Below the pieces are notes generated by a model. It was not told where the DNA came from. It was given only the letters and a program-made list of their open reading frames with translations, and made no database searches. DNA of 64,000 nucleotides from a virus, in IMG/VR virus record IMGVR_UViG_3300034141_000082; one strand, 5' to 3'. This document shows, piece after piece, positions 53,101-62,355 of the stretch. The position numbers were made by a program, and so were the translations under genes. Position 1 is the first letter of the stretch; each line of letters starts with the position of its first letter.

Positions 53101-53631
53101 ATGCACAACTTCGGTGACAGCTTCGGGTTCCGGCGCAGCGACGAGATCCTGCACTCCGGTGCCGAGGCCAACCTGAAGGTCCCCGTGACGGGCACCTTCC
53201 TCCAGGGTGACGTGGTCGAGCTCGACCCCGCCAACCCCGGCTACGTCAAGAAGAGCGCGACCGACCTCCCGCTGGTGCCCGGCATCCGCGGCCTGCTGGT
53301 CCAGTACGGCGAGCTCCGCAACGAGCCCGGCCTGACCCGCAACGTCATCCACAACACCCGGGACCTGAGCGCGGTCGTCAACGACGCGCAGACCGTCGTC
53401 GTCACCGGCGCCGGCATCAAGGTCTGGGTGAAGAACCTCACCGCGGTCACCGCCGGCTCCGGCCGCCGGGCGTACCTCGCGGAGGACCGGGTCACCCTCG
53501 CCAGCCTCGCGGTCGGCGACCTCGTCAAGTGGAACGGCTCGAAGTTCGTCGAGACGTCCGACGCCGCCATCGCCATCGGCACGGTCACCAAGGTGACCGC
53601 CACCGGTGCCGAGTTCACGCTGAACAACTGA
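53101..53631 (+). CDS. Capsid decoration/cement protein
   Basis: Small beta-rich ORF between scaffold and major capsid genes. Confidence 0.65.
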   Translation: MHNFGDSFGFRRSDEILHSGAEANLKVPVTGTFLQGDVVELDPANPGYVKKSATDLPLVPGIRGLLVQYGELRNEPGLTRNVIHNTRDLSAVVNDAQTVVVTGAGIKVWVKNLTAVTAGSGRRAYLAEDRVTLASLAVGDLVKWNGSKFVETSDAAIAIGTVTKVTATGAEFTLNN

Positions 53632-53645
53632 GAGGAAGCAGTCCG

Positions 53646-54602
53646 ATGGCTGGAGAGCTGAACCTGAAGAGCTTCCTCGCCGGTGTCGCACGTCAGACGC
53701 CGACCGCGGAACTCGCCGCACGCCAGGCCGCCGCCAACGCGGAGGCCCGGGAGAACTGGGGCGACCCCCGCTGGCACAAGGAGCAGTCCGCACTGATCGC
53801 CGAGGCGGTCGACGCGGGCTTCACCAACCCCGAGGTGTTCCGCGGCGTGCTGCGGTTCCGCAACCTGGGTGCCAACGACAAGCTGGTCCACCGCACCCGC
53901 AAGGGCCTGAAGATCTACGCTTCGGCCCACGGCGGCTACGTGGACGAGTCGACCCTGTCGATCGACACCTTCGAGGCCCCCAAGACGCCGATGGCGTGGC
54001 ACGTGGTCGCCTCCGAGGACGACATGCTGTCCGACTACGCGGTGCAGATGGCCGAGCTCGTCGGCCTGGCCCGTCAGGCCGAGCAGGCCGAGATCGTGCG
54101 CCGGCAGCTGCTGCTGCTCCAGGCCGCGGTGCCGTCCTCGTCCCCGTACTACGTGGACGCGACCGGCTCGGGTCTGACCGCCGCCGTCCTGAACGCCGCG
54201 ATCCGCGGTGTCGCCGACGCCGACCGTCCGGGCGGCGGCCTCCTGCCGACGCAGATCACGATCATCGGTCGCGCCGCGGCCGTCGACGAGATCTCGGACT
54301 TCACCGGGTTCAGCGACACCCAGCTCGACGAGATCAACGCGCAGGGCTGGCTCGGCCGCTACCGCGGTGCGCGCATCAACCGGCTCGTCAACTGGACCGA
54401 CGGCGAGGGCACGTCCTTCATGCCGGAGGACGAGGTCTGGGTCGTCTCCGACGACGCCGGCGACTTCGCCCGCTTCGGTCAGGCCCGGGTGAACACCTGG
54501 ACCGAGAACGAGCTCGACAAGACGCACACCAAGTCGCGTCGCGAGGTCGGCGGCTTCATCGCCTACCCGCAGAACGTGCGTCGGATCAAGCTCGCCGCCT
54601 GA
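53646..54602 (+). CDS. Major capsid protein
   Basis: 318 aa, very strong codon bias, G.Y.G..I, followed by a terminator; position. Confidence 0.85.
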   Translation: MAGELNLKSFLAGVARQTPTAELAARQAAANAEARENWGDPRWHKEQSALIAEAVDAGFTNPEVFRGVLRFRNLGANDKLVHRTRKGLKIYASAHGGYVDESTLSIDTFEAPKTPMAWHVVASEDDMLSDYAVQMAELVGLARQAEQAEIVRRQLLLLQAAVPSSSPYYVDATGSGLTAAVLNAAIRGVADADRPGGGLLPTQITIIGRAAAVDEISDFTGFSDTQLDEINAQGWLGRYRGARINRLVNWTDGEGTSFMPEDEVWVVSDDAGDFARFGQARVNTWTENELDKTHTKSRREVGGFIAYPQNVRRIKLAA

Positions 54603-54640
54603 TCCAGCGCAGCACGATCGCCCTGGGATGGGGCCGCAAG

Positions 54641-54680
54641 ACCAGGAGGGGCTCGGCCGGGAGGCTGGGCCCCTTCTGGT
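54641..54680 (+). terminator. Terminator-like hairpin after the capsid gene
   Basis: ACCAGGAGGGGCTCGGCC/GGCTGGGCCCCTTCTGGT. Confidence 0.65.
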
Positions 54681-54720
54681 GTCCCCGGGGCATTGGGTGT
54701 CATGCAGTAGTATTTCGGAC

Positions 54721-54963
54721 ATGAGCGACGCCGTACCTGACGCCGTGCCCGATCATCGACAGATTCGAGAGCTGAACGACGAACCCGACCGGGTCCGGGC
54801 CGATGTGCAATATCTGATGCAGCGCGAAGGCGTCAAGAGCACCACGGCCATCGCACGGGCGATCTCGATGTGCGCCATGATCCGCCGGGTGGAGGAGCAC
54901 GGTGGGGAGGTCTGGCTCAGCGCCAGTCCCGGACACCGGCCGCGGTCGATCTGGTTCCGCTGA
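54721..54963 (+). CDS. Ribbon-helix-helix (CopG-like) DNA-binding protein
   Basis: VQYLMQREGVKSTTAIARAI...GGEV.L. Confidence 0.55.
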   Translation: MSDAVPDAVPDHRQIRELNDEPDRVRADVQYLMQREGVKSTTAIARAISMCAMIRRVEEHGGEVWLSASPGHRPRSIWFR

Positions 54964-54966
54964 GAC

Positions 54967-55173
54967 TCAGCCGGCCCGCAGGCGCAGGGGCATCTCCAGC
55001 CCGCACACCAGGCAGACCACCACCGCGCTGGACTGGGTGACCTCCCGGTAGCTCGGCCACCGCTCGCCGAAGTTGCGGACCTTCTGCATGAACTTCTGCT
55101 CGGTGATGCGCAGGTCCAGGCTGCGGGCCTGGCACCGGGGGCAGGGCGTGTACTCGATCGTCGAATCCGCCAT
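54967..55173 (-). CDS. Zn-ribbon protein
   Basis: CPRC...CLVC; AGGAAGG RBS. Confidence 0.6.
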   Translation of the reverse strand: MADSTIEYTPCPRCQARSLDLRITEQKFMQKVRNFGERWPSYREVTQSSAVVVCLVCGLEMPLRLRAG

Positions 55174-55218
55174 CGTGCGCGCCTTCCTGTGATATACACG
55201 AACGGTGGGGGCAGGGAA

Positions 55219-55524
55219 ACGCCGCCCGCCCTGGGTTTCGTCGGCTTACCCGGGCGGGCGGCGTCTCGTCAGCTCGGGGCGCTGGCTCGGGTGTCCGTTC
55301 CCCGGCGCGCCGCCGAGCACCGCGCCGGCCCACTAGTACCCTCGGTTGACCCGGCGCGGGTCTGTGGGGATGCCGCCCCCGGCACCCGGCGTCTCCACGT
55401 CGCCGGGGGCGGCACCCTTGTTGGCGACTGCCGGCCTTCGAGTCACGTCGCCACGGGGGAGGCTTCCTGACTCGCTGGGCCGGCGGCCCCCTCCGCGTCG
55501 CTCTTCACCTGGAAACGACGCGGA
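55219..55524. ncRNA. Array of six or more consecutive GC-rich hairpins; candidate structured RNA
   Basis: Perfect stems of 13, 9, 13, 7 and 9 bp plus an 11-bp bulged stem; no convincing ORF. Confidence 0.45.
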
Positions 55525-55535
55525 AGCTCTTCGAT

Positions 55536-55706
55536 TTACGACATGGTCTCGATGTTGACCCGGACGATGACCAGCTTGCTGCCCTCGCCCGAGCTCTCCA
55601 GCAATTTGTCCAGGTGCAGCTGCGCGGCGGCCGTCGCCCGGGTGGAGAACCCGTCCTTGAAAACGTACCGCAGAATCACCACCGGCAGGGGCGGAAGTCG
55701 GGTCAC
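55536..55706 (-). CDS. Hypothetical protein (not in ORF track)
   Basis: MTRLPPLPVVILRYVFKDGF...; GTGA overlap. Confidence 0.5.
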   Translation of the reverse strand: MTRLPPLPVVILRYVFKDGFSTRATAAAQLHLDKLLESSGEGSKLVIVRVNIETMS

Positions 55707-56017
55707 CACCACAAGGTTTTCCCTTCTCGGACGCTGGAGAGCAGGGTGCGCAGGTGCTCGATCGCCTGGGCGCGGTCCGACGTCGCGTACTCGTCGCCGA
55801 AGACGTAGAACAGCACCTCGTCCGGCCCGACCGAGTAGCGGAACGGCTCGTGGCCGCCCGAGCGTGACGTGAACTCCAGGGACATGCGGTCCAGGTCGTT
55901 CATGAAATGCATCGCGGGCGCCCTCGCCGCGCGGGCCACCGGCGGCGGCTCGCGTCGGCGGCGTTCGGTGAGCTGGGCGGGCAGCAGGCCGGCGCCCCGC
56001 CGGCGCGGTGGCATCAC
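55703..56017 (-). CDS. Hypothetical protein
   Basis: Overlap-coupled. Confidence 0.55.
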   Translation of the reverse strand: MMPPRRRGAGLLPAQLTERRRREPPPVARAARAPAMHFMNDLDRMSLEFTSRSGGHEPFRYSVGPDEVLFYVFGDEYATSDRAQAIEHLRTLLSSVREGKTLWW

Positions 56018-56418
56018 GGCAGCAGCCCGATGCTGCGCGCGGACTCGATGTCCATCTCGACCGAGGCGGCCCCGGTCCGCTTCACCCGGCGCATGTCGCC
56101 CACGGCCTCGGCGGTGCGGCGCAGCGCGGCCGGCAGTCCGTCCAGCACGTTGGTCGTGATGACCGGTTCGGCGCGGTGGCGACCCCGCGGCTTGCGCCGG
56201 CGCACCGGTGCCGGCTCAGCGCCGACGGGCAGGTCGCTGACGTCGATCGGCTCGGTGCGCTCGCGCCACTCCGGCGGGCACAGCTCGGTCGACGTCGTGA
56301 ACAGCGCCGGCATGCCGTGGGTGGGGGTGTTGGTCCCGAACCAGACTCGGTCCCGGGGGTCGTACGTCGTCACCATGTCGGGGCTCCAGATCGTGCAGGG
56401 GCTTCCTCGGCGGGCCAT
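56014..56418 (-). CDS. Hypothetical protein
   Basis: Follows the integrase. Confidence 0.55.
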   Translation of the reverse strand: MARRGSPCTIWSPDMVTTYDPRDRVWFGTNTPTHGMPALFTTSTELCPPEWRERTEPIDVSDLPVGAEPAPVRRRKPRGRHRAEPVITTNVLDGLPAALRRTAEAVGDMRRVKRTGAASVEMDIESARSIGLLP

Positions 56419-56450
56419 GACCCATTTCTAGACCATTTCACTCGCCGCTG

Positions 56451-57539
56451 TCACGCGGTCCCGCGCAGTAACCGAAGGTTTCCGCCGTTCTCGGCCGGCG
56501 GGGTCAGCAGTTCGGGGCGGTGCTCCACCACGTAGCAGTCGCGCTCGTCCTCGCAGTCGTGCATGGGGTGCAGCTCCCCGGTCATCGAGCTCCACCCGCA
56601 CGCCACCTCGGCCAGCCCGACCCGCACGTAGGTGCTGGTGACCGTGGAGCTCATCGAGTGCCCGGCCCACGTGGCCGCCACCACGAAGCTGGACGCGCGC
56701 TCCATCCGGGTGACCGCGGTGTGCCGCATCCAGTGGCAGGAGACGCCCAGCTCGGCGCCCCACCCGGTGATGGCCCTCAGCACGTCCCAGTCGTCCTCCA
56801 GGCGGTGCCTGGACCAGTCGTAGAGGGTGGACGTGGGTCGGGCCAGCTCGGCCGCCAGCGACGCCGACAGGGGCAGCACGCGGGTCTTGCGGCCCTTCTC
56901 GGTCACCATCACCGTGCGGGTCGCGGCCCGCACCGCCCCGGGCTCCAGGTTCAGCAGGCCCTCCCGCCTGGACCCGGTCTCCAGCAGCCAGCGCAGCATC
57001 CACATCGTGCGCTCGTGGTGGCGGGTCGCCACGGTCAGCAGTTCGGCGGTCTGGGTCCGGGACAGCGCGTGCCGCTCGGACTGCCCGCGGGCGGGCTTGG
57101 GGACCGACAGGGCGACGTTGCGCTCGACCAGGCCGTCCTTCAGCGCCGCGCCGAACAGGTGCCGGGCCGCGGCGACGGCGTGCTCGGCCGAGGACTGCCC
57201 GCCGTGGTGGCGCCGGCGGACCGCGGTGTCGCGCGCGGTGCGGGCCAGCTCGGCCACGTCGCTGGGCACGATGTCGCGCAACGGACGCTCGCTCCAGCTG
57301 GACTCGATCAAGGTCAGGGCCCGGCCCCAGGCGCTGATGGTGCCCGGCGTCAGGCCGGATCGGATGCGGGGAAGGTAGTCACCCACCGTGATGTCTGCGG
57401 TCATGGTCCAGGCATCGGCACGCCGTCCGGCGGCCTTGAACGCCCCGCCACCCACTGTGAGTAGCCGATTACTTTTGCTGGTGTCCGAGGGGGGACTCTG
57501 CCGGTCACTCTCAGTTGCCTGTCCGTTTCGTCGTGTCAT
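56451..57539 (-). CDS. int: Tyrosine recombinase/integrase (alternative start 57404)
   Basis: Catalytic R (TGSRR), K (EKG), HxxR (HWMRH), H (WAGH), Y (STYV). Confidence 0.88.
   Translation of the reverse strand: MTRRNGQATESDRQSPPSDTSKSNRLLTVGGGAFKAAGRRADAWTMTADITVGDYLPRIRSGLTPGTISAWGRALTLIESSWSERPLRDIVPSDVAELARTARDTAVRRRHHGGQSSAEHAVAAARHLFGAALKDGLVERNVALSVPKPARGQSERHALSRTQTAELLTVATRHHERTMWMLRWLLETGSRREGLLNLEPGAVRAATRTVMVTEKGRKTRVLPLSASLAAELARPTSTLYDWSRHRLEDDWDVLRAITGWGAELGVSCHWMRHTAVTRMERASSFVVAATWAGHSMSSTVTSTYVRVGLAEVACGWSSMTGELHPMHDCEDERDCYVVEHRPELLTPPAENGGNLRLLRGTA
57479..57497 (-). other. Candidate attP core matching a tRNA 3' end (tRNA-Leu(GAG)-like)
   Basis: AGTCCCCCCTCGGACACCA = end of T-loop + CCCCC + CTCGGAC + A + CCA; next to or inside int. 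The tRNA-Leu assignment is from memory. Confidence 0.75.
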
Positions 57540-57618
57540 GACCGTAAATCTACTCGGCGGCTGTCCAGACCGGCAGATGCTGGGGGCCGATCACCCCGGC
57601 CAGACCTAATCTGACTAC

Positions 57619-58092
57619 ATGACGCGGAAAACGAGCACAGTGAGTGAAGAGATCTGGGAGGTCGTCGGGGAGGGCCAGGTCTGGCTGACCCTGGTCGACG
57701 GCCACGGCCGCCCGACCTACAAGTCCGTCGGCGGCCCCGGCGGCGGCAAGCGCATCCGGCTGAAGCCGACCGACCGCGAAAACATGGAGTACGCCGCCGG
57801 CGACTCCAACCCGTTCGCCACCGGGCGCCTGCGCCGGGTCGACGGCGAGCACGCGGCCGAGGCCCAGACGGCCAAGACCGACGAGGAGCTCCTGGTCCTC
57901 CTGGAGTCGCCGGACCTGACGGCCGCCCTGGACGCCGAGTCCGAGTTCAACGTCCGCCGCCTGCGCGCGATGGCCGAGACCGGCACCGCCTCGAAGCGGG
58001 TCACCGTCCAGCAGCTGCACGACATCAAGGAGGTCATCGACCGTCGGTGGCCCCAGCCGGCCCCGCCCGCCAGCCAGCTGAACATCGACTGA
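57619..58092 (+). CDS. Hypothetical protein
   Basis: TGATG coupling to dnaE. Confidence 0.7.
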   Translation: MTRKTSTVSEEIWEVVGEGQVWLTLVDGHGRPTYKSVGGPGGGKRIRLKPTDRENMEYAAGDSNPFATGRLRRVDGEHAAEAQTAKTDEELLVLLESPDLTAALDAESEFNVRRLRAMAETGTASKRVTVQQLHDIKEVIDRRWPQPAPPASQLNID

Positions 58093-61000
58093 TGCCGTTC
58101 GTCCACCTGCGCGTCAGGTCGGACCTGTCGTTCCTCCAGAGTGCGGCCCGCGTGGACCAGATCGCGCGGGCCGCTGCTGCTGACGGGGCGCCGGCCGTGG
58201 CCCTGACCGACGTCCGCATGCACGGCGCCTGGCGCTTCCAGCAGGCGTGCGCCAAGGCCGGCGTGCGCCCGATCCACGGCCTCGAAGTCGACCGGCACCT
58301 CGCGGTGCACGCGATCGACGACGTCGGCATGCACAACCTCATCCGGCTGTCCTCCCTGGACACCTGCACCGCGGCCGACCTCGGCGCCCACAGCGACGGC
58401 CTGATGGCGATGGCGAGCAGCCGCCCCTGGCTGGAGGCGCTGCGCGAGCCGTTCGGCGACCGCCTGCACGTCGAGGTGCAGGGCATGGGCCCGCGCGTGC
58501 CCCGCGAGGTGCACGAGCTCGCCGCCGAGCTGGGCCTGCCCACGGTCGCGACGCACAACGTCCGCTACCTGGTGCCCGACGACCGGCACGCCTACGCCGC
58601 CCTGCGCGCCCTGGACACCCGCGGCCGGGTCAGCGACTTCCTGCCCGACGCCGACTGGCTCCACATGCTCAGCGCCGAGGAGATGTACGAGTACGTCCTG
58701 CGCGACCACGAGGGCCTGGCCGAGCGCACGCTGGCCTACGCCGAGCGCTGCCACGGCGCGCTGACGCCAGAGCTGCACATGCCCCGCTTCCCAGTGCCGG
58801 TCCCCGGATGGGACGAGGAGCAGTACCTGCGCGCTGAGGTCGACGCCCGCCTGGACATCATCTACGGCGGGCTCCGCGATGAGCAGCGCCCGGACGTCGG
58901 CGGGCGCGAGTCCTACGAGCTGAAGGTCATCTGCGAGATGGGCTTCGCTGGCTACTTCCTCGTCGTCGCCGACTACATCGCCTGGGCCCGCGAGCACGGC
59001 ATCCGCGTCGGCCCCGGCCGCGGGTCGGGCGCCGGCTCGCTGGTCGCCTACGCGCTGGGCATCACCGCGCTGGACCCGATCCGCCACGGCCTGCTGTTCG
59101 AGCGCTTTCTGAACCCCGAGCGCGTGAGCCTGCCCGACTTCGACGTCGACTTCGACGACGTCCGCCGCGGTGAGGTCATCGCCTACGTCGCGGACAAGTA
59201 CGGCCACGACCGCGTCGCACAGATCTGCAACCTCGGCCAGATGAAGTCCCGGGCCGCGCTGAAGGACGCGAACCGCGTGCTGGGCATGCCGTTCGCTCTG
59301 GGCGAACGCCTCTCGAACTCGATGGGCGCCAGCATCGCCGGCCGCCCGATGGACCTCGTCGCGGTCATCGACGAGGAGCACCCTCGATACCCCGACGGCG
59401 AGCCGATGCGCGCCCTGCTCGACAGCGACCCCGAGGCCGCCGCGGTGTTCGAGCTCGCGCTGAAGATGGAGGGCCTGCACCGCCAGTCCGGCGTCCACGC
59501 CGCCGGCGTGCTGCTGGCCGACGTGCCGCTGACCGACATCGCCCCGCTGATGAGCCGCGACGGCGAGGACATCGCGCTGTCCCAGTGGGACTGGGTCGAC
59601 GCCGACTCGATGGGCATCGTCAAGTTCGACTTCCTCGGCCTGTCCACGCTGCGGGTGCTGTCCGACGCCCTGGACAACATCCGCGCCGGCGGCCACGAGC
59701 CGCCCGACCTCCAGGCGCTCATCGACGACCCGACCGACCCCGAGACCTTCCGCCTGCTGGCGGCCGGCGAGACGGTCGGCTGCTTCCAGATCGAGACCGG
59801 CCCGATGCGCTCCCTGCTGCGGCAGATGGAGTGCTCCAGCTTCGAGGACATCGGCGCGACCCTGGCGCTGTACCGCCCGGGGCCCATGTCCATCGGGTCG
59901 CACATCGCGTACGCGAAGCGCAAGACCGGCCAGGCGCCAGCCGACCCGCTGCACCCCGAGCTCGCGGATGCGCTGGCCCCGGTGCTCGACGAGACCTACG
60001 GCCTGCTCGTGTACCAGGAGCAGATCATGGCCGCCGCCCAGGCGGTCGCCGGCTACACCCTCGGCGGCGCCGATCTGCTGCGTCGGGCGATGGGCAAGAA
60101 GGACCCAGAGAAGATGGCGCTGGAGGAGACCAAGCTGCGCGCCGGCATGACCGAGCGCGGCTACAGCGACGAGGCCGCGGACGCCCTGTGGAACGCGATC
60201 AAGGGCAACGCCGACTACTCCTTCAACAAGGCTCACTCGGCCGCCTACGCCGCCATCACGTACCAGACCGCCTACCTGAAGGCCCACTTCCCGGCCGAGT
60301 TCATGGCCGCGCTGCTGACGTCGGTCCGCGACGACAAGGAGAGCACCGCGCTCTACCTGAGCGAGTGCCGCCGCATGGGCATGGAAGTGCTGCCGCCGGA
60401 CGCAACCTTGTCCAAGGCGGGTTTCTCCGTGGAGGACAACAAGATCCGCTTCGGCCTGGGCGCGGTGCACGGCCTCGGTGATGCCGTCGTCGCGCAGATC
60501 ACCCGCGAGCCGATCGACGCTGCCACCGTGCTGGACTGGGTCGCCAACGCCCCGCCCGCGGCCCGGAATAAAAAGACGCTGGAGGCCCTGGTCAAGTCCG
60601 GCGCGTTCAGCCGCCTGCCCGTCACGCGCAAGGCGCTGCTGGCCGCCGTCCCGCAGGTGCTCGACGTCGCCAAGATCATCGGCTTCGGCCGCGACCACGG
60701 CTTCGACCTGCCCGCCATGTCGGACGTCGCGATGCCCGACGTCGAGGAGTTCACCCGGTCCGAGATCCTCCAGCTGGAGCGCGAGACCCTGGGCCTCTAC
60801 GTCTCCGACCACCCGCTCGCCATCATGGCGCAGGACGTGGCCGAGATGTCCACGCACTCCATCGGCGAGCTCGGCCGCCTGGCCGACCGCGACCGCGTGC
60901 GGATCGCCGGCCTCGTGGTCATCCTGGCTCAGAAGACGACCAAGAAGGGCGGCGCCCCCTGGGCCATCGCCACCTTGGAAGACCTGGACGGGTCCGTCGA

Positions 61001-61376
61001 GGTGCTGCTGTTCCCGAAGTCCTGGACCAAGGTCTCCCATCGGATACGCGAGGGCTCCGTCGTCGCGATCGAGGGCCGCGTCTCCATGCGCGACGGCGGG
61101 GTCTCGGTCATGCCCGACGAGGTCACCGTCCTGGAGCCCGGCCCCGCCACGCCGACCGCGGTCACCCTGCGCCTGCCGGCCCGGGTCATCACCCGCGAGG
61201 TCGCGCTCGATCTGTTCGGCATCGCCAGCGAGTTCCCCGGGAACTCCTTCCTGGAGATCGTGGCGATCGATGGCGAACGCGCGCAGATGGTGAAGGTGAA
61301 CGGCGTGAGCGCTTCACCCGAATTCGTACTCCAGCTCAAAAAGCGCTACGGGCCGCGAACGGTGACCCTCGGCTAA
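58092..61376 (+). CDS. dnaE: DNA polymerase III alpha subunit (C family)
   Basis: PGRGSGAGS, FERFLNPER.SLPDFDVDF, HAAGV, KFDFLGL, YQEQIM, YSFNKAHS, C-terminal OB fold. Confidence 0.97.
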   Translation: MPFVHLRVRSDLSFLQSAARVDQIARAAAADGAPAVALTDVRMHGAWRFQQACAKAGVRPIHGLEVDRHLAVHAIDDVGMHNLIRLSSLDTCTAADLGAHSDGLMAMASSRPWLEALREPFGDRLHVEVQGMGPRVPREVHELAAELGLPTVATHNVRYLVPDDRHAYAALRALDTRGRVSDFLPDADWLHMLSAEEMYEYVLRDHEGLAERTLAYAERCHGALTPELHMPRFPVPVPGWDEEQYLRAEVDARLDIIYGGLRDEQRPDVGGRESYELKVICEMGFAGYFLVVADYIAWAREHGIRVGPGRGSGAGSLVAYALGITALDPIRHGLLFERFLNPERVSLPDFDVDFDDVRRGEVIAYVADKYGHDRVAQICNLGQMKSRAALKDANRVLGMPFALGERLSNSMGASIAGRPMDLVAVIDEEHPRYPDGEPMRALLDSDPEAAAVFELALKMEGLHRQSGVHAAGVLLADVPLTDIAPLMSRDGEDIALSQWDWVDADSMGIVKFDFLGLSTLRVLSDALDNIRAGGHEPPDLQALIDDPTDPETFRLLAAGETVGCFQIETGPMRSLLRQMECSSFEDIGATLALYRPGPMSIGSHIAYAKRKTGQAPADPLHPELADALAPVLDETYGLLVYQEQIMAAAQAVAGYTLGGADLLRRAMGKKDPEKMALEETKLRAGMTERGYSDEAADALWNAIKGNADYSFNKAHSAAYAAITYQTAYLKAHFPAEFMAALLTSVRDDKESTALYLSECRRMGMEVLPPDATLSKAGFSVEDNKIRFGLGAVHGLGDAVVAQITREPIDAATVLDWVANAPPAARNKKTLEALVKSGAFSRLPVTRKALLAAVPQVLDVAKIIGFGRDHGFDLPAMSDVAMPDVEEFTRSEILQLERETLGLYVSDHPLAIMAQDVAEMSTHSIGELGRLADRDRVRIAGLVVILAQKTTKKGGAPWAIATLEDLDGSVEVLLFPKSWTKVSHRIREGSVVAIEGRVSMRDGGVSVMPDEVTVLEPGPATPTAVTLRLPARVITREVALDLFGIASEFPGNSFLEIVAIDGERAQMVKVNGVSASPEFVLQLKKRYGPRTVTLG

Positions 61377-61405
61377 ACTGAGGCTGACGCCTCCAGGAGG
61401 ACATT

Positions 61406-61912
61406 ATGACGATTTTCACCGACGACGCTCCCGTCGCCGCCATGAAGCGCGCTCTCGCGCCGCCTGGAGCCTTCACGTCCACCTGGCCGAACGTCAGCGA
61501 CCAGGAGGTCGCCGAACTCCTGGGCGACGGCTTCTCCCGGGCGCGCCTGGCCGGCTGGTTCCCGACGGCCACCTACGACCCCGACTCGCTGGAGGTCGAC
61601 CCCGACCTCACCGACGCCGGCCTCATGCTGGTGATCCAGTACGCCGCCCGGCAGGTGCTCCAGCAGCGTCTGCTCACCCTCCAGTCCGGCGCCAGCTACA
61701 AGGCCGGCCCGGTCGAGTACTCGACCAGCGCGCAGTCCAACGTCCTGGTCGCCCTGCTGCGCAGCGCCGAGCAGGAGATCGAGCTCCTCCGGACGCAGGT
61801 CGCCCGCCGCATCGTGCCCGAGTTCGGCGACATGACCGCAATCCGCCTCGGCCTCAGTGCCGGCCAGCTCGCCCTGCACGAGTGGTCCTACGGCATGCCC
61901 GAGCTGTACTGA
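61406..61912 (+). CDS. Probable head-tail adaptor
   Basis: GGAGG RBS; position; KAGPVEY. Confidence 0.6.
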   Translation: MTIFTDDAPVAAMKRALAPPGAFTSTWPNVSDQEVAELLGDGFSRARLAGWFPTATYDPDSLEVDPDLTDAGLMLVIQYAARQVLQQRLLTLQSGASYKAGPVEYSTSAQSNVLVALLRSAEQEIELLRTQVARRIVPEFGDMTAIRLGLSAGQLALHEWSYGMPELY

Positions 61913-62355
61913 TGGCCGGGCCCAACCCGCCCGGCTTCGCGCAGGCGGACTTCGAGGCGGGCATCCGCCTGGCGATGCAGCTCGGCACCCCGGTCGACCC
62001 CGCGCGCCGCCCGGTCTTCGTCCTGCCGGTCCCCGCCGACAGCAACGAGGACGGCCAGGGTCTGCCCTGGGACATCACCGGCGACATGACCGAGACCAAC
62101 CCCACGGTCTCGAACGTGCTGTGCGCCGTGGAGTTCAAGCCCGCGGGCAGCAACCTCACCGACGCCGGCGGCGTCTACGCCCAGCGCGCCACCATCATCG
62201 TGACCCTGCTCCATGCGGAGTGGCTCCTGGTGCGGACCGCGGTCGCCGTGAAGACGTCCGGTGGCACCTACAACCGGTGGCACGACGCCCCCGATCTCGC
62301 GCTCGGCACCGCCGGCGTGTACCAGCTCTACTTCACGGCGGGGGACATCCTGTGA
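61912..62355 (+). CDS. Probable head-tail stopper
   Basis: TGATG coupling; position. Confidence 0.55.
   Translation: MAGPNPPGFAQADFEAGIRLAMQLGTPVDPARRPVFVLPVPADSNEDGQGLPWDITGDMTETNPTVSNVLCAVEFKPAGSNLTDAGGVYAQRATIIVTLLHAEWLLVRTAVAVKTSGGTYNRWHDAPDLALGTAGVYQLYFTAGDIL

Noticed and set aside
57717-61040. 1107-aa minus-strand ORF
   Set aside because: Antisense shadow of dnaE produced by high GC3; no RBS or motifs.
58092-61376. Intein or intron in dnaE or terminase
   Set aside because: Lengths and motif spacing are normal; no C1...HN splice motifs seen.
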